64,000 nt of DNA, from the IMG/VR virus record IMGVR_UViG_3300031992_000020; one strand, given 5' to 3'. The position numbers and the translations under genes were made by a program. Under the pieces are notes generated by a model, which was given only the letters and a program-made list of their open reading frames with translations, had not been told where the DNA came from and searched no databases. Below are positions 54,515 through 61,773 of the stretch, one piece after another (the first letter of the stretch is position 1; each line of letters opens with the position of its first letter). The DNA comes from a virus. Its lineage: Duplodnaviria; Heunggongvirae; Uroviricota; Caudoviricetes.

Positions 54515-54955
54515 TTACTTGTATAATTGATATTTCTTTGAAATTTTCCATGCGGTTTCATCGTCCAACGGGCGGAAACCTATACAAGTAAGAGTGCGGC
54601 CAGTGCCATCATCATCGACCATCTCTGGTTTCAATTCTGTAAGACACGCGTCCCATATGAGGAAAAAGTCTACACCTTCCCGCAACCCAAGCTCTTCGGC
54701 TATTGTTTTGACTTTAAGTAATTGTTTTAAGTTTTTAGCTTCGCAAACGGTTTTTGTAAATATGCCGTTAAACCAATCTTCATAAACATCTTTTTGGATT
54801 GTAAGCCCAACATAATAGTCATTGCTTAGACCCATTTTCTGCCCATTACCGCGAATTGCGCGTGATATAAACGCGATTGATGCATGGGCAACCTGCGCCG
54901 CAAGTTTTCCAGGTGACATTTGAAGATCTTTGCGAGCTATAATAAGTTGACGCAT
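54515..54955 (-). CDS. PTH2-family peptidyl-tRNA hydrolase
   Basis: GKLAAQVAHAS motif typical of Pth2; RBS AAGGAG. Confidence 0.5.
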   Translation of the reverse strand: MRQLIIARKDLQMSPGKLAAQVAHASIAFISRAIRGNGQKMGLSNDYYVGLTIQKDVYEDWFNGIFTKTVCEAKNLKQLLKVKTIAEELGLREGVDFFLIWDACLTELKPEMVDDDGTGRTLTCIGFRPLDDETAWKISKKYQLYK

Positions 54956-55021
54956 AAACTAGACTCCTTTCTATGGAGCGAATTAATAAAGTCGCAATAA
55001 TATAATTTGCTGCATGAGCCT

Positions 55022-55070
55022 AATAGCAGTCCCTGTTGGGATCGAACCAACACATACGGAGTCAATTAAG
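55022..55070 (-). pseudogene. tRNA-Gln 3-prime fragment (anticodon-loop remnant to acceptor 3-prime strand), no CCA
   Basis: TTGACTCC..GTTGGTTCGATCCCAAC AGGGACT resembles the 3-prime two-thirds of the adjacent tRNA-Gln; no 5-prime partner. Confidence 0.35.
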
Positions 55071-55144
55071 CTGGGGTGGTTGGATTCGAACCAACGATGC
55101 AGGAGTCAAAGTCCTGTGCCTTCGACCAACTTGGCGACACCCCA
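55071..55144 (-). tRNA. tRNA-Gln(TTG)
   Basis: acceptor TGGGGTG/CACCCCA, loop CTTTGAC. Confidence 0.8.
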
Positions 55145-55570
55145 TTATTTTAGAAACTCATCAATTGTGATTCCTTCTTCTTTTTCAAGGAAATGAAATA
55201 CACGATGGTAATTAGCACATAAGCATACACATTTATCAATTTCAGATAAGGCACGCTCTAAACTATATTTAGCTGCGATCATTCGTGCAACTGTGGTATC
55301 TTTTTGACTTGGATCTAAATGATGAAAATCTAAAGCTGTTGGATATTCATTATATCCACATTTAGCACAAGATAAATCCTATTTAATTTCTCCTATTGCT
55401 TGTCGTTTTTCTTTATATTTTTCTTTCATATAATTACTATGACAAGTTTTACATTCAGAACGCCTAGTTCCTTTTGCTTTATCACGCCAAGCAAAATCAT
55501 CTATAGATTTTTCTATACCACATTTTGTACATATTTTAGTTTCCATTAAATCAACTCCTTGCGCTACCAT
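55145..55570 (-). CDS. HNH homing endonuclease with one in-frame TAG (55379-55381)
   Basis: an N-terminal zinc finger and C-terminal HNH motifs (CAKCG..HHLD..N..H) lie in one frame separated only by TAG; TAA stop abuts tRNA-Gln. Confidence 0.6.
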
Positions 55571-55717
55571 TACGCTAAGGGACTATAAATGCGGATGAGG
55601 ATTTGCACCTCACATGATACGCCCCATTAATTCCCGTTCCCAATGCGTATCTATCCATAGCACAGCTACTGAAGAGCACCTTCAACTCTAGCGTCTACCT
55701 ATTCCGCCACCGCAAAG
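55568..55717 (-). ncRNA. 150-nt tRNA-like structured RNA (class-II-like 5-prime acceptor/D arm, internal hairpins, non-canonical T loop TGCAAAT)
   Basis: 5-prime GCGGTGG..GCGGAATAGGTAGACGC; 3-prime TGAGGTGCAAATCCTCA TCCGCAT; acceptor pairs at only 5 of 7 positions. Confidence 0.3.
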
Positions 55718-55804
55718 CGACACTAGCACGGCTCGAACGTGCATACCCTTTTACAAGTAACCTCGACTTAGCAGGTCGGTGCGTTACCATTCCGCCATAG
55801 TGTC
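55718..55804 (-). tRNA. tRNA-Ser(GCT)
   Basis: acceptor GACACTA/TAGTGTC, loop CTGCTAA, long variable arm. Confidence 0.75.
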
Positions 55805-56009
55805 ATTTATCTCTTATAAAATTTCCTACATCAGCTAATGTTTCTTGAATAGAAATTGTTAAATTGCCATCAACTGCATATTTAAAATGAATTTTTGTAT
55901 AGGTTGTATTATCATCTAATTTACTTTCTGTTACTCCTGCAATATTATCTACCGGAATAAGATGAATTACATCGGGATATTGTTTATTATGAACAACAAT
56001 ACTTTTCAT
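55803..56009 (-). CDS. hypothetical protein
   Basis: ORF track. Confidence 0.3.
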   Translation of the reverse strand: MKSIVVHNKQYPDVIHLIPVDNIAGVTESKLDDNTTYTKIHFKYAVDGNLTISIQETLADVGNFIRDK

Positions 56010-56119
56010 TTATAATTCTCCTCTTTTTTAATACATCCAATAAGAAAACGCCGCGGAAGAGTTGCGGATACTACTTGGCCTCTTTCTAACAGGTCTTTTT
56101 TAATACCCAAACGGGATAC

Positions 56120-56247
56120 CAACGCGGCAAACTCGACACCAAATATTCTTACGCTCTACCTATTGAGCTACTTGCGCAATGCACAAGATCGGACTTGAAC
56201 CGACTACATTAAGATCCTATCTTAAATTTGCTGCTGGTGTCGAAGAT
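56120..56247 (-). ncRNA. apparently circularly permuted or split tRNA: 3-prime half (T arm plus acceptor strand CTTGTGC) is followed after ATT by the complementary 5-prime half (GCGCAAG plus D arm)
   Basis: acceptor strands pair at 7 of 7 (one G-U); anticodon-stem strands TAAGA/TCTTA are also complementary; order is inverted relative to a normal tRNA. Confidence 0.4.
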
Positions 56248-56322
56248 GGTCGGAGTGGTGAGACTCGAACTCACGACATCCAGTTCCCAAAACTGGCGCG
56301 CTACCAACTGCGCTACACCCCG
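56247..56322 (-). tRNA. tRNA-Pro(TGG)
   Basis: acceptor CGGGGTG/CACTCCG, loop TTTGGGA, CCA encoded. Confidence 0.8.
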
Positions 56323-56406
56323 ATATACAAGAGGCTTTTGCATATTTTCTCGTCTAAAATATTTTATATACATTGCTGTATGCCTCTTTCTTTATCTTAC
56401 ATATAT

Positions 56407-56435
56407 ATTATATAATATTTTTTTATAAAAATCAA
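56407..56435 (-). promoter_or_regulatory. sigma70-type promoter TTGATT-17-TATAAT heading a tRNA cluster
   Basis: reverse complement reads TTGATTTTTATAAAAAAATATTATATAAT. Confidence 0.55.
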
Positions 56436-57466
56436 TCTAAGTATTTATAAACCCAATCTTTAAATGTAATTGTTTCGATAAACTTAATATAAATATATCC
56501 TTCTGTTCTATATGCCGCAAATTCATTTAATTGTTCCGGATCATTATATATAAATTCAATAAAATCTTCTGTTGACATATTAAAATTTTGTTTAAACCTA
56601 ACAAAATATAATTTTAATAAATCATAATAGTTTTGCGGGATAGACGGACAATTATTTTTAGGATATGTTAAACCCATAAAATCAAAATAAATTCTAAAAA
56701 ACATTGGCACGATACTTATCTTGAAAAAGTTATAAAGTTCATCTGTCATAATGTTTTCTTGTTGAGCTTTTTCAAAATAGTCTAATGCAATACCTAATGT
56801 TGATTTCATATAATCAGGCAATGATTTAAAGAAATAACCATTTTTATGTTTATTGTCAGATAATGATCCTTCATGTTCAAGCCAATTATAAGTTAATAAT
56901 TTTAATTCATGTGATATTAAGCCATATTGAGTTAAAACGCATTGTACTTTTAAAGTAAAATTAACATCTTCATCATAATTTACTTCATCATATGAAATAT
57001 TATATTTATTCAAAAAAGATTTTTCATAAAATTTACCATGAGTACCTTGCACAGGACGATCAAAAAAATTAGTTATAACCCCATTTGGTTGAATCATTCT
57101 TGTTGAAGTAATGATATAATTTTGAGTTTGATTAGTTTTGATAATTCGTTTTATTTTATCAAAAGTATTGTCCTCAAAATAATCATCTTGATCTATAAAA
57201 GTTATCCACTCGCCTGATGCTTCTTCAAGTCCATGCTGTCTACCTGCACGAGGAAAGCCATAGTGTCTATCATTTTTAATAATTTTAATATTTAAATCAT
57301 TAAAATTTGAAATTAAATCATTATAAAGATTCTCGGAACAATTAGAACAATCATCAGATAAAATAATTTCAATATCATCAACACAATAATTTGTGTTAAT
57401 ACTGGCTAATAATTTAAGTAAACAATCGCCAGGATTATAAGTTGGCACTATTATAGAAAAGAGCAT
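56432..57466 (-). CDS. family 2 glycosyltransferase
   Basis: IIVPTYN..DDCS GT2-like motifs. Confidence 0.65.
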   Translation of the reverse strand: MLFSIIVPTYNPGDCLLKLLASINTNYCVDDIEIILSDDCSNCSENLYNDLISNFNDLNIKIIKNDRHYGFPRAGRQHGLEEASGEWITFIDQDDYFEDNTFDKIKRIIKTNQTQNYIITSTRMIQPNGVITNFFDRPVQGTHGKFYEKSFLNKYNISYDEVNYDEDVNFTLKVQCVLTQYGLISHELKLLTYNWLEHEGSLSDNKHKNGYFFKSLPDYMKSTLGIALDYFEKAQQENIMTDELYNFFKISIVPMFFRIYFDFMGLTYPKNNCPSIPQNYYDLLKLYFVRFKQNFNMSTEDFIEFIYNDPEQLNEFAAYRTEGYIYIKFIETITFKDWVYKYLD

Positions 57467-57508
57467 TATATTTACTCCTTATTTATATTGGCAGCCTGCC
57501 TGGGAAGA

Positions 57509-58152
57509 TTAATTTATAAATATCCATTTAAATCCATAGGCGGTACCTTCTCTTTTCACACTACGAGAGATAGTAACAGATATGCTTTTAATATTACTTT
57601 TTGATAAATTATTATCTATTATATATCTCGCAGCATCTTTTAATGATGTAAAACTTATAGCTTGATTAGTATTATTATTTATTCCTAAAACCTGTTTTCC
57701 ATATTTTCGTTTATTAGTTTGTTGAAATGTTTTAGGAACAATATTATAATTAGTTAAAGCATGTTTAACTGTTTTAATATCAACTTTACATGCTTTAGCT
57801 GTGTCTGTTAAAGATTGTAATTTAAGATATGTATTTTTAATTAAATTATAATCTTTATATTGTGTTCCATCTCCACCATAAGTTGCATTATAACCATATT
57901 TAAAGCTTCGATAAAACTCAATCCAATATTTTTCACGATCTGAGGCTTCTTCAACTTTACATTCTTCTAATTGTGATATAACAAAATTTTCTATACCGTA
58001 TTTATTAAAAGCTGCATATAATGGACGATGACATTCTTCAGATTTTTTGCTATCCAATATATGCCTTTTCCATCGTTCCTCAATAGTTGCGACTGTTTTA
58101 CCGATATAAACTTTATGGTTTAGTTTATTCTCTATTTTATAGATGTATGCCA
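57509..58152 (-). CDS. GIY-YIG homing endonuclease
   Basis: YIYKIENKLNHKVYIGKT motif; RBS GGAG; immediately downstream of the suppressor tRNA. Confidence 0.6.
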
Positions 58153-58179
58153 TAACTAAATAGCTCCATTCTTTATATT

Positions 58180-58269
58180 CGGCCCTCCAGGGATTCGAAC
58201 CCTGACTACCTCCTTCAGAGGGATATAACGGTTTTAGAGACCGGTGTTCTACCATTGAACTAGAGGGCT
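58180..58269 (-). tRNA. suppressor tRNA, anticodon CTA (reads UAG); class II with long variable arm and G73, so a Ser-type scaffold is predicted
   Basis: loop CTCTAAA flanked by stem CGGT/ACCG; D stem GTTC/GAAC; variable arm about 22 nt (CCCTC..GAGGG); T arm CAGGGTTCGAATCCCTG; acceptor AGCCCTC/GAGGGCC (A1-C72 mismatch). Confidence 0.75.
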
Positions 58270-58379
58270 ATAATTCTCTTCTTTATTTATTTCAAAAATA
58301 TTATAGCATATTTTTTTTACCTTGTCCAGTCACTTTATTTAGGATTGCGCGCATATGACCAATTTGGATTAAAAAATTG

Positions 58380-58575
58380 CTGGGCTGGGTTTTGATCGGG
58401 TGCACGGGCATCTGCGGCCGGACCAGATTATGCCATTAAAATGCCCGGCCTGATCAGTCCCTCGGCCGGGCTTTGTGGCCCCTCGTGTTGCATTACGCAC
58501 GGTGACCATGGTTCTATTTATATTGCGCCTTCCCTTTCCGGATTAGTGCGAGACTGACACCAGTCGGCGCCGGGG
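58380..58575 (-). ncRNA. GC-rich (about 60%) highly structured non-coding island next to tRNA-Met
   Basis: multiple nested inverted repeats (GGGCAT..ATGCCC, GGCCGG..CCGGCC); no credible ORF; contrasts with the AT-rich genome. Confidence 0.3.
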
Positions 58576-58578
58576 TAA

Positions 58579-58655
58579 TGGTGCCTGCGGGTGGATTCGA
58601 ACCACCGACCTACGGGGTATGAGTCCGTTGCTCTGACCACCTGAGCTACACAGGC
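58579..58655 (-). tRNA. tRNA-Met(CAT)
   Basis: acceptor GCCTGTG/CGCAGGC, loop CTCATAC, CCA encoded. Confidence 0.75.
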
Positions 58656-58698
58656 ATGAAGGGCAGACACATCCGCCCGACAAAATCAATCGCCGCAA

Positions 58699-59238
58699 TT
58701 ACGGCCACTCACCAAGAGGCATACCAAGATTAGCACGCTCAACATTGGTATTGAAGAACACGCCTTGAACGGCAGGACCAGTGAGAAGTTCATCAGCAAT
58801 AGTCTCATAAAGAGTGCTGATCACGCCATGACAATCATTTAGATTATCAGCTGGGAACTGTACCACACAGTTGTTGAATACGACATAAGTCGTTCCAATC
58901 CACTGATAACCTTCCTCAGCTGGGCAAACAGAATAAGCATATGCGGGATTCTTCTCAAAAGCGGTATTAAACAATTCAACCTTACTCTTGAAAGCACGAT
59001 TGGAAGGAGTGCCGTCAACCATAACTTTGAGCTTTACATTACCAAAACAAATCTCTTCAGGAAGGATTTGCTGGAGTGCGGCGACCTTATCACCATTATT
59101 GCAAGCAAATACAATAGAAGGAGTGGAGCCACCAAAGTCACAGTTGCACGCGATCTGCGGATCGCCATCAAACAGTGCCTCGAACTTGCGAATCACAATA
59201 GTCCAAGGCGGAAGGATCTTGAGTCTTGCGTCAGCCAT
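58699..59238 (-). CDS. hypothetical protein
   Basis: ORF track; RBS AAAGGAGAAAC. Confidence 0.4.
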   Translation of the reverse strand: MADARLKILPPWTIVIRKFEALFDGDPQIACNCDFGGSTPSIVFACNNGDKVAALQQILPEEICFGNVKLKVMVDGTPSNRAFKSKVELFNTAFEKNPAYAYSVCPAEEGYQWIGTTYVVFNNCVVQFPADNLNDCHGVISTLYETIADELLTGPAVQGVFFNTNVERANLGMPLGEWP

Positions 59239-59284
59239 TATTGTTTCTCCTTTTTAGATCTAAAAATACAAGACCCGTTTATAA

Positions 59285-59345
59285 TCGCGCTTCTACCACT
59301 GAGCGACCCCGGCATGTGCCGGAAGTTGGATTCGAACCAACGCTT
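59285..59345 (-). ncRNA. second permuted-like module: T arm plus acceptor strand TTCCGGC, then CAT, then complementary 5-prime half GCCGGGG plus D-arm-like GCTCAGTGGTAGA
   Basis: acceptor strands pair (two G-U); D arm imperfect. Confidence 0.3.
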
Positions 59346-59390
59346 TACGGGATTTACAGTCCAAAAAAATATTGCTGACAGGTCTTTGAG

Positions 59391-59461
59391 AGCGGCTAAC
59401 GGGGTTCGAACCCGTGACCCAACCTTGGCAAGGTCGTATGTTACCACTACACCATAGCCGC
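59391..59461 (-). tRNA. tRNA-Gly(GCC)
   Basis: acceptor GCGGCTA/TAGCCGC, loop TTGCCAA. Confidence 0.75.
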
Positions 59462-59467
59462 ATATTC

Positions 59468-59554
59468 TGGGTGGAAGGACAGGACTTGAACCTGCACGCT
59501 CTTTCGAGCACGTGGGCCACAACCACGCGTGTCTACCATTTCACCACCGACCAC
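59468..59554 (-). tRNA. atypical class-II tRNA-like gene with anticodon GTG, C73 and CCA; acceptor has two central mismatches
   Basis: anticodon arm CGTGG TTGTGGC CCACG; variable hairpin GCTC GAAA GAGC; T arm GCAGGTTCAAGTCCTGT. Confidence 0.35.
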
Positions 59555-59559
59555 ATGCC

Positions 59560-59641
59560 TAGACCGCTTAATTGCATATGGGAATCGAACCCATGTTCTC
59601 GGTTTGTTATACCAATGTCTTATCCACTTGACAAATGCGAA
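59560..59641 (-). tRNA. tRNA-like, anticodon loop ATAACAA (AAC, Val-type, A34); 5-prime acceptor strand appears interrupted
   Basis: D arm GTC AAGTGGATAA GAC; T arm ATGGGTTCGATTCCCAT; acceptor 3-prime strand ATGCAAT only pairs if a 13-nt insertion in the 5-prime strand is ignored. Confidence 0.3.
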
Positions 59642-59705
59642 GCCTTGCGGCAATTGCTGAAACGGTCTATTGTATTTAAGTCATTCTCCGACTCTGAAGC
59701 ATTTT

Positions 59706-59780
59706 TGGTACCGGCACAGGGAATCGAACCCTGGTAACGAGTTTAGAAGACTCGGGCTCTATCCGTTGAGCTATACCGGC
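59706..59780 (-). tRNA. tRNA-Arg(TCT)
   Basis: acceptor GCCGGTA/TGCCGGT (G-U at both ends), loop CTTCTAA, CCA encoded. Confidence 0.75.
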
Positions 59781-59864
59781 AAATAATCAAGACTCTATTA
59801 AGGCTACTTTTTGTTTACAACACAAAATGATGCTTTAATAATTTGCTGTGTGAGTCTTAATCAG

Positions 59865-59947
59865 TGCGGAATGAGGGACTCGAACCCTCACGTCATTAAG
59901 ACACATGATCCTTAGTCATGCCTGTCTACCAGTTCCAGCAATTCCGC
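59865..59947 (-). tRNA. tRNA-Leu(AAG), class II, A34
   Basis: acceptor GCGGAAT/ATTCCGC; anticodon arm CATGA CTAAGGA TCATG; long variable arm. Confidence 0.65.
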
Positions 59948-60024
59948 ATAAAGTGGGGTCGTTAGACCCCTAATATTATACCCACGGGCTCCTGCTATGC
60001 AGTCACTGCTCTTGCGTGGGTGAG

Positions 60025-60096
60025 TACCCCCTCAGGGATTCGAACCCTGGTCGTTCGGTTCGTAGCCGAATACTCTGTCCGTTGAGCTAAAGGGGC
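60025..60096 (-). tRNA. tRNA-Arg(ACG)
   Basis: loop CTACGAA, stem TTCGG/CCGAA. Confidence 0.75.
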
Positions 60097-60291
60097 ATAA
60101 AAGATGACCACTCGCGTCCCACCGCCCTGTTCTACTTGCTTATTGGTTAAATGATTTCGTTACTTAATCTGTTCTTCGGTTGTTCTACTTTCGCTTGCGT
60201 TCATCAGTAGCCTTCACAGATAGTCCATACCTCACTAAATCTCCCAAATCGTCTAAGTAGTTATGCGCCTAAGCCTTGTCCGTCATCCTAC

Positions 60292-60367
60292 TGGTACTCC
60301 ACAAGGGATTCGAACCCTCACTGTATGCGTTCTAAGCGCATCGCCTCTGCCGTTGGGCTAATGGAGC
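60292..60367 (-). tRNA. class-I tRNA with anticodon TAG (Leu CUA codon), A73, CCA encoded
   Basis: anticodon arm ATGCG CTTAGAA CGCAT; short variable arm is unusual for Leu. Confidence 0.55.
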
Positions 60368-60453
60368 ATAAAATAGATGGTGAGACTGTATTAGGAAGGA
60401 GGTATCAACATGAAAGGAGGTTATGTGGAAAAGGGGGTGTCTCACCATCAAAG

Positions 60454-60537
60454 TGCCCAAGGTGGGATTCGAACCCACAATGTATCAATGTAGACGATTT
60501 TGAGTCGCCCCTGTCTCGCCAGTTGCAGCACTCGGGC
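60454..60537 (-). tRNA. tRNA-Leu(CAA)
   Basis: loop CTCAAAA, class II. Confidence 0.7.
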
Positions 60538-60540
60538 ACA

Positions 60541-60626
60541 TGGTGCGGGTAGCCGGATTTGAACCGGCACGGGACTAGCCCAGCGGTTTTTAAGACCGCA
60601 GCGTCTACCGATTCCGCCATACCCGC
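60541..60626 (-). tRNA. tRNA-Leu(TAA)
   Basis: acceptor GCGGGTA/TACCCGC, loop CTTAAAA, long variable arm, CCA encoded. Confidence 0.8.
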
Positions 60627-60638
60627 AAGTTTGAGGAA

Positions 60639-60917
60639 TCAATCCTCAAAAGAGGGAATTTCTTTTGAATGACGCCACGGATATTCTTTATAGTATTCGG
60701 GATTGACAATCTCGCCCAGTTCGCTATCAGCCATGATGGAATCTTCACCAGTAGGCTCAATCTGGAGTTTGATGATATTATCTTCACCAAAATACTCAGC
60801 CAAACGCTTTGTCGCTTTCGCCAGATTTTTTGCACAGACAATACCTGCATCACGGAATGTCATTTCTTCAGAAGGTTCACAAGATATAATTTTATAACGA
60901 AACAGCATCTTTCTCAA
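60639..60917 (-). CDS. hypothetical protein
   Basis: ORF track. Confidence 0.3.
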   Translation of the reverse strand: MRKMLFRYKIISCEPSEEMTFRDAGIVCAKNLAKATKRLAEYFGEDNIIKLQIEPTGEDSIMADSELGEIVNPEYYKEYPWRHSKEIPSFED

Positions 60918-60942
60918 TCCCCTTTCTTTATCTTACATATAT

Positions 60943-60971
60943 ATTATATAATATATTTTTAAGTTTTTCAA
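60943..60971 (-). promoter_or_regulatory. sigma70-type promoter TTGAAA-17-TATAAT
   Basis: reverse complement reads TTGAAAAACTTAAAAATATATTATATAAT. Confidence 0.55.
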
Positions 60972-60973
60972 AT

Positions 60974-61061
60974 TGGCGATCGGAGAAGGATTCGAACCTT
61001 CGGACCCTCGCGGGTCAGTGGTTTTCTAGACCACCGCCATAGTCCACTCGGCCATCCGACC
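60974..61061 (-). tRNA. tRNA-Ser(AGA), A34
   Basis: acceptor GGTCGGA/TCCGATC; anticodon arm GTGGT CTAGAAA ACCAC; long variable arm; CCA encoded. Confidence 0.65.
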
Positions 61062-61064
61062 ATA

Positions 61065-61152
61065 TGGCGATCTCGGGTGGATTCGAACCACCGGACCCCG
61101 GAGGGTCAACGCCTTAGCAGGGCGCCGCATTCAACCACTCTGCCACGAGACC
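61065..61152 (-). tRNA. tRNA-Ser(GCT), second copy
   Basis: acceptor GGTCTCG/CGAGATC, loop CTGCTAA, CCA encoded. Confidence 0.75.
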
Positions 61153-61247
61153 ATTACTAGACACGCTTATCTTCCCGGAGCCGACCCGGTGCTTTGTTGC
61201 TTCCAAAATGCTAGAATGAAGAAAAATTGCTGACGTGTCTCGGCAAG

Positions 61248-61318
61248 AGCCTTCTATTGGAATCGAACCAATATTCATGCTTTACGAAAGCATTGTTCTG
61301 CCACTAAACTAAGAAGGC
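61248..61318 (-). tRNA. tRNA-Thr(CGT)
   Basis: acceptor GCCTTCT/AGAAGGC, loop TTCGTAA. Confidence 0.7.
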
Positions 61319-61320
61319 AA

Positions 61321-61345
61321 AAGGCGGTTAGCTAGACCGCCGATT
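61321..61345. terminator. bidirectional terminator hairpin ggcggt..accgcc with T tracts on both strands
   Basis: 6-bp GC stem just after the stop of the 61348..61665 gene. Confidence 0.5.
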
Positions 61346-61347
61346 TT

Positions 61348-61665
61348 TTAGAAACCCCAAAAAGTCTTAAAGAAGTTTCTGAATGGATCATAATTGCCAA
61401 GCACCATATCCGCATCTTTCAGCGAAGTATGGAAGGTGCCATAATCCTTGCAGAATGCCTGCAACTTATCATTGGCTTCCTTCTGTGCTTCAAGAGCAAA
61501 TTTAAGAGCTTCTTCAACTTCTTTGGCACGCTCTTCACGTTTAGCCTTTTTCTCTGCTTCTGCAGCTTCACGAGCCTTGCGTACAGACAACACCTTCTCT
61601 TCAGCGGTGTTGAGTTCTTCAATCGTGTCATATGCCTTATTGGTTACTTCAGATAAATACTTCAT
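61348..61665 (-). CDS. hypothetical coiled-coil protein
   Basis: ORF track. Confidence 0.4.
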   Translation of the reverse strand: MKYLSEVTNKAYDTIEELNTAEEKVLSVRKAREAAEAEKKAKREERAKEVEEALKFALEAQKEANDKLQAFCKDYGTFHTSLKDADMVLGNYDPFRNFFKTFWGF

Positions 61666-61773
61666 AATTTCCTAATCTCCTTTATGAATATTCATCTTAT
61701 ACCGGTATAAAATTTGCTCCTATTGTACGCGATTTCAGGCAGGAGTGACCTGGGTTCTATTGCTCCCCAGCAT

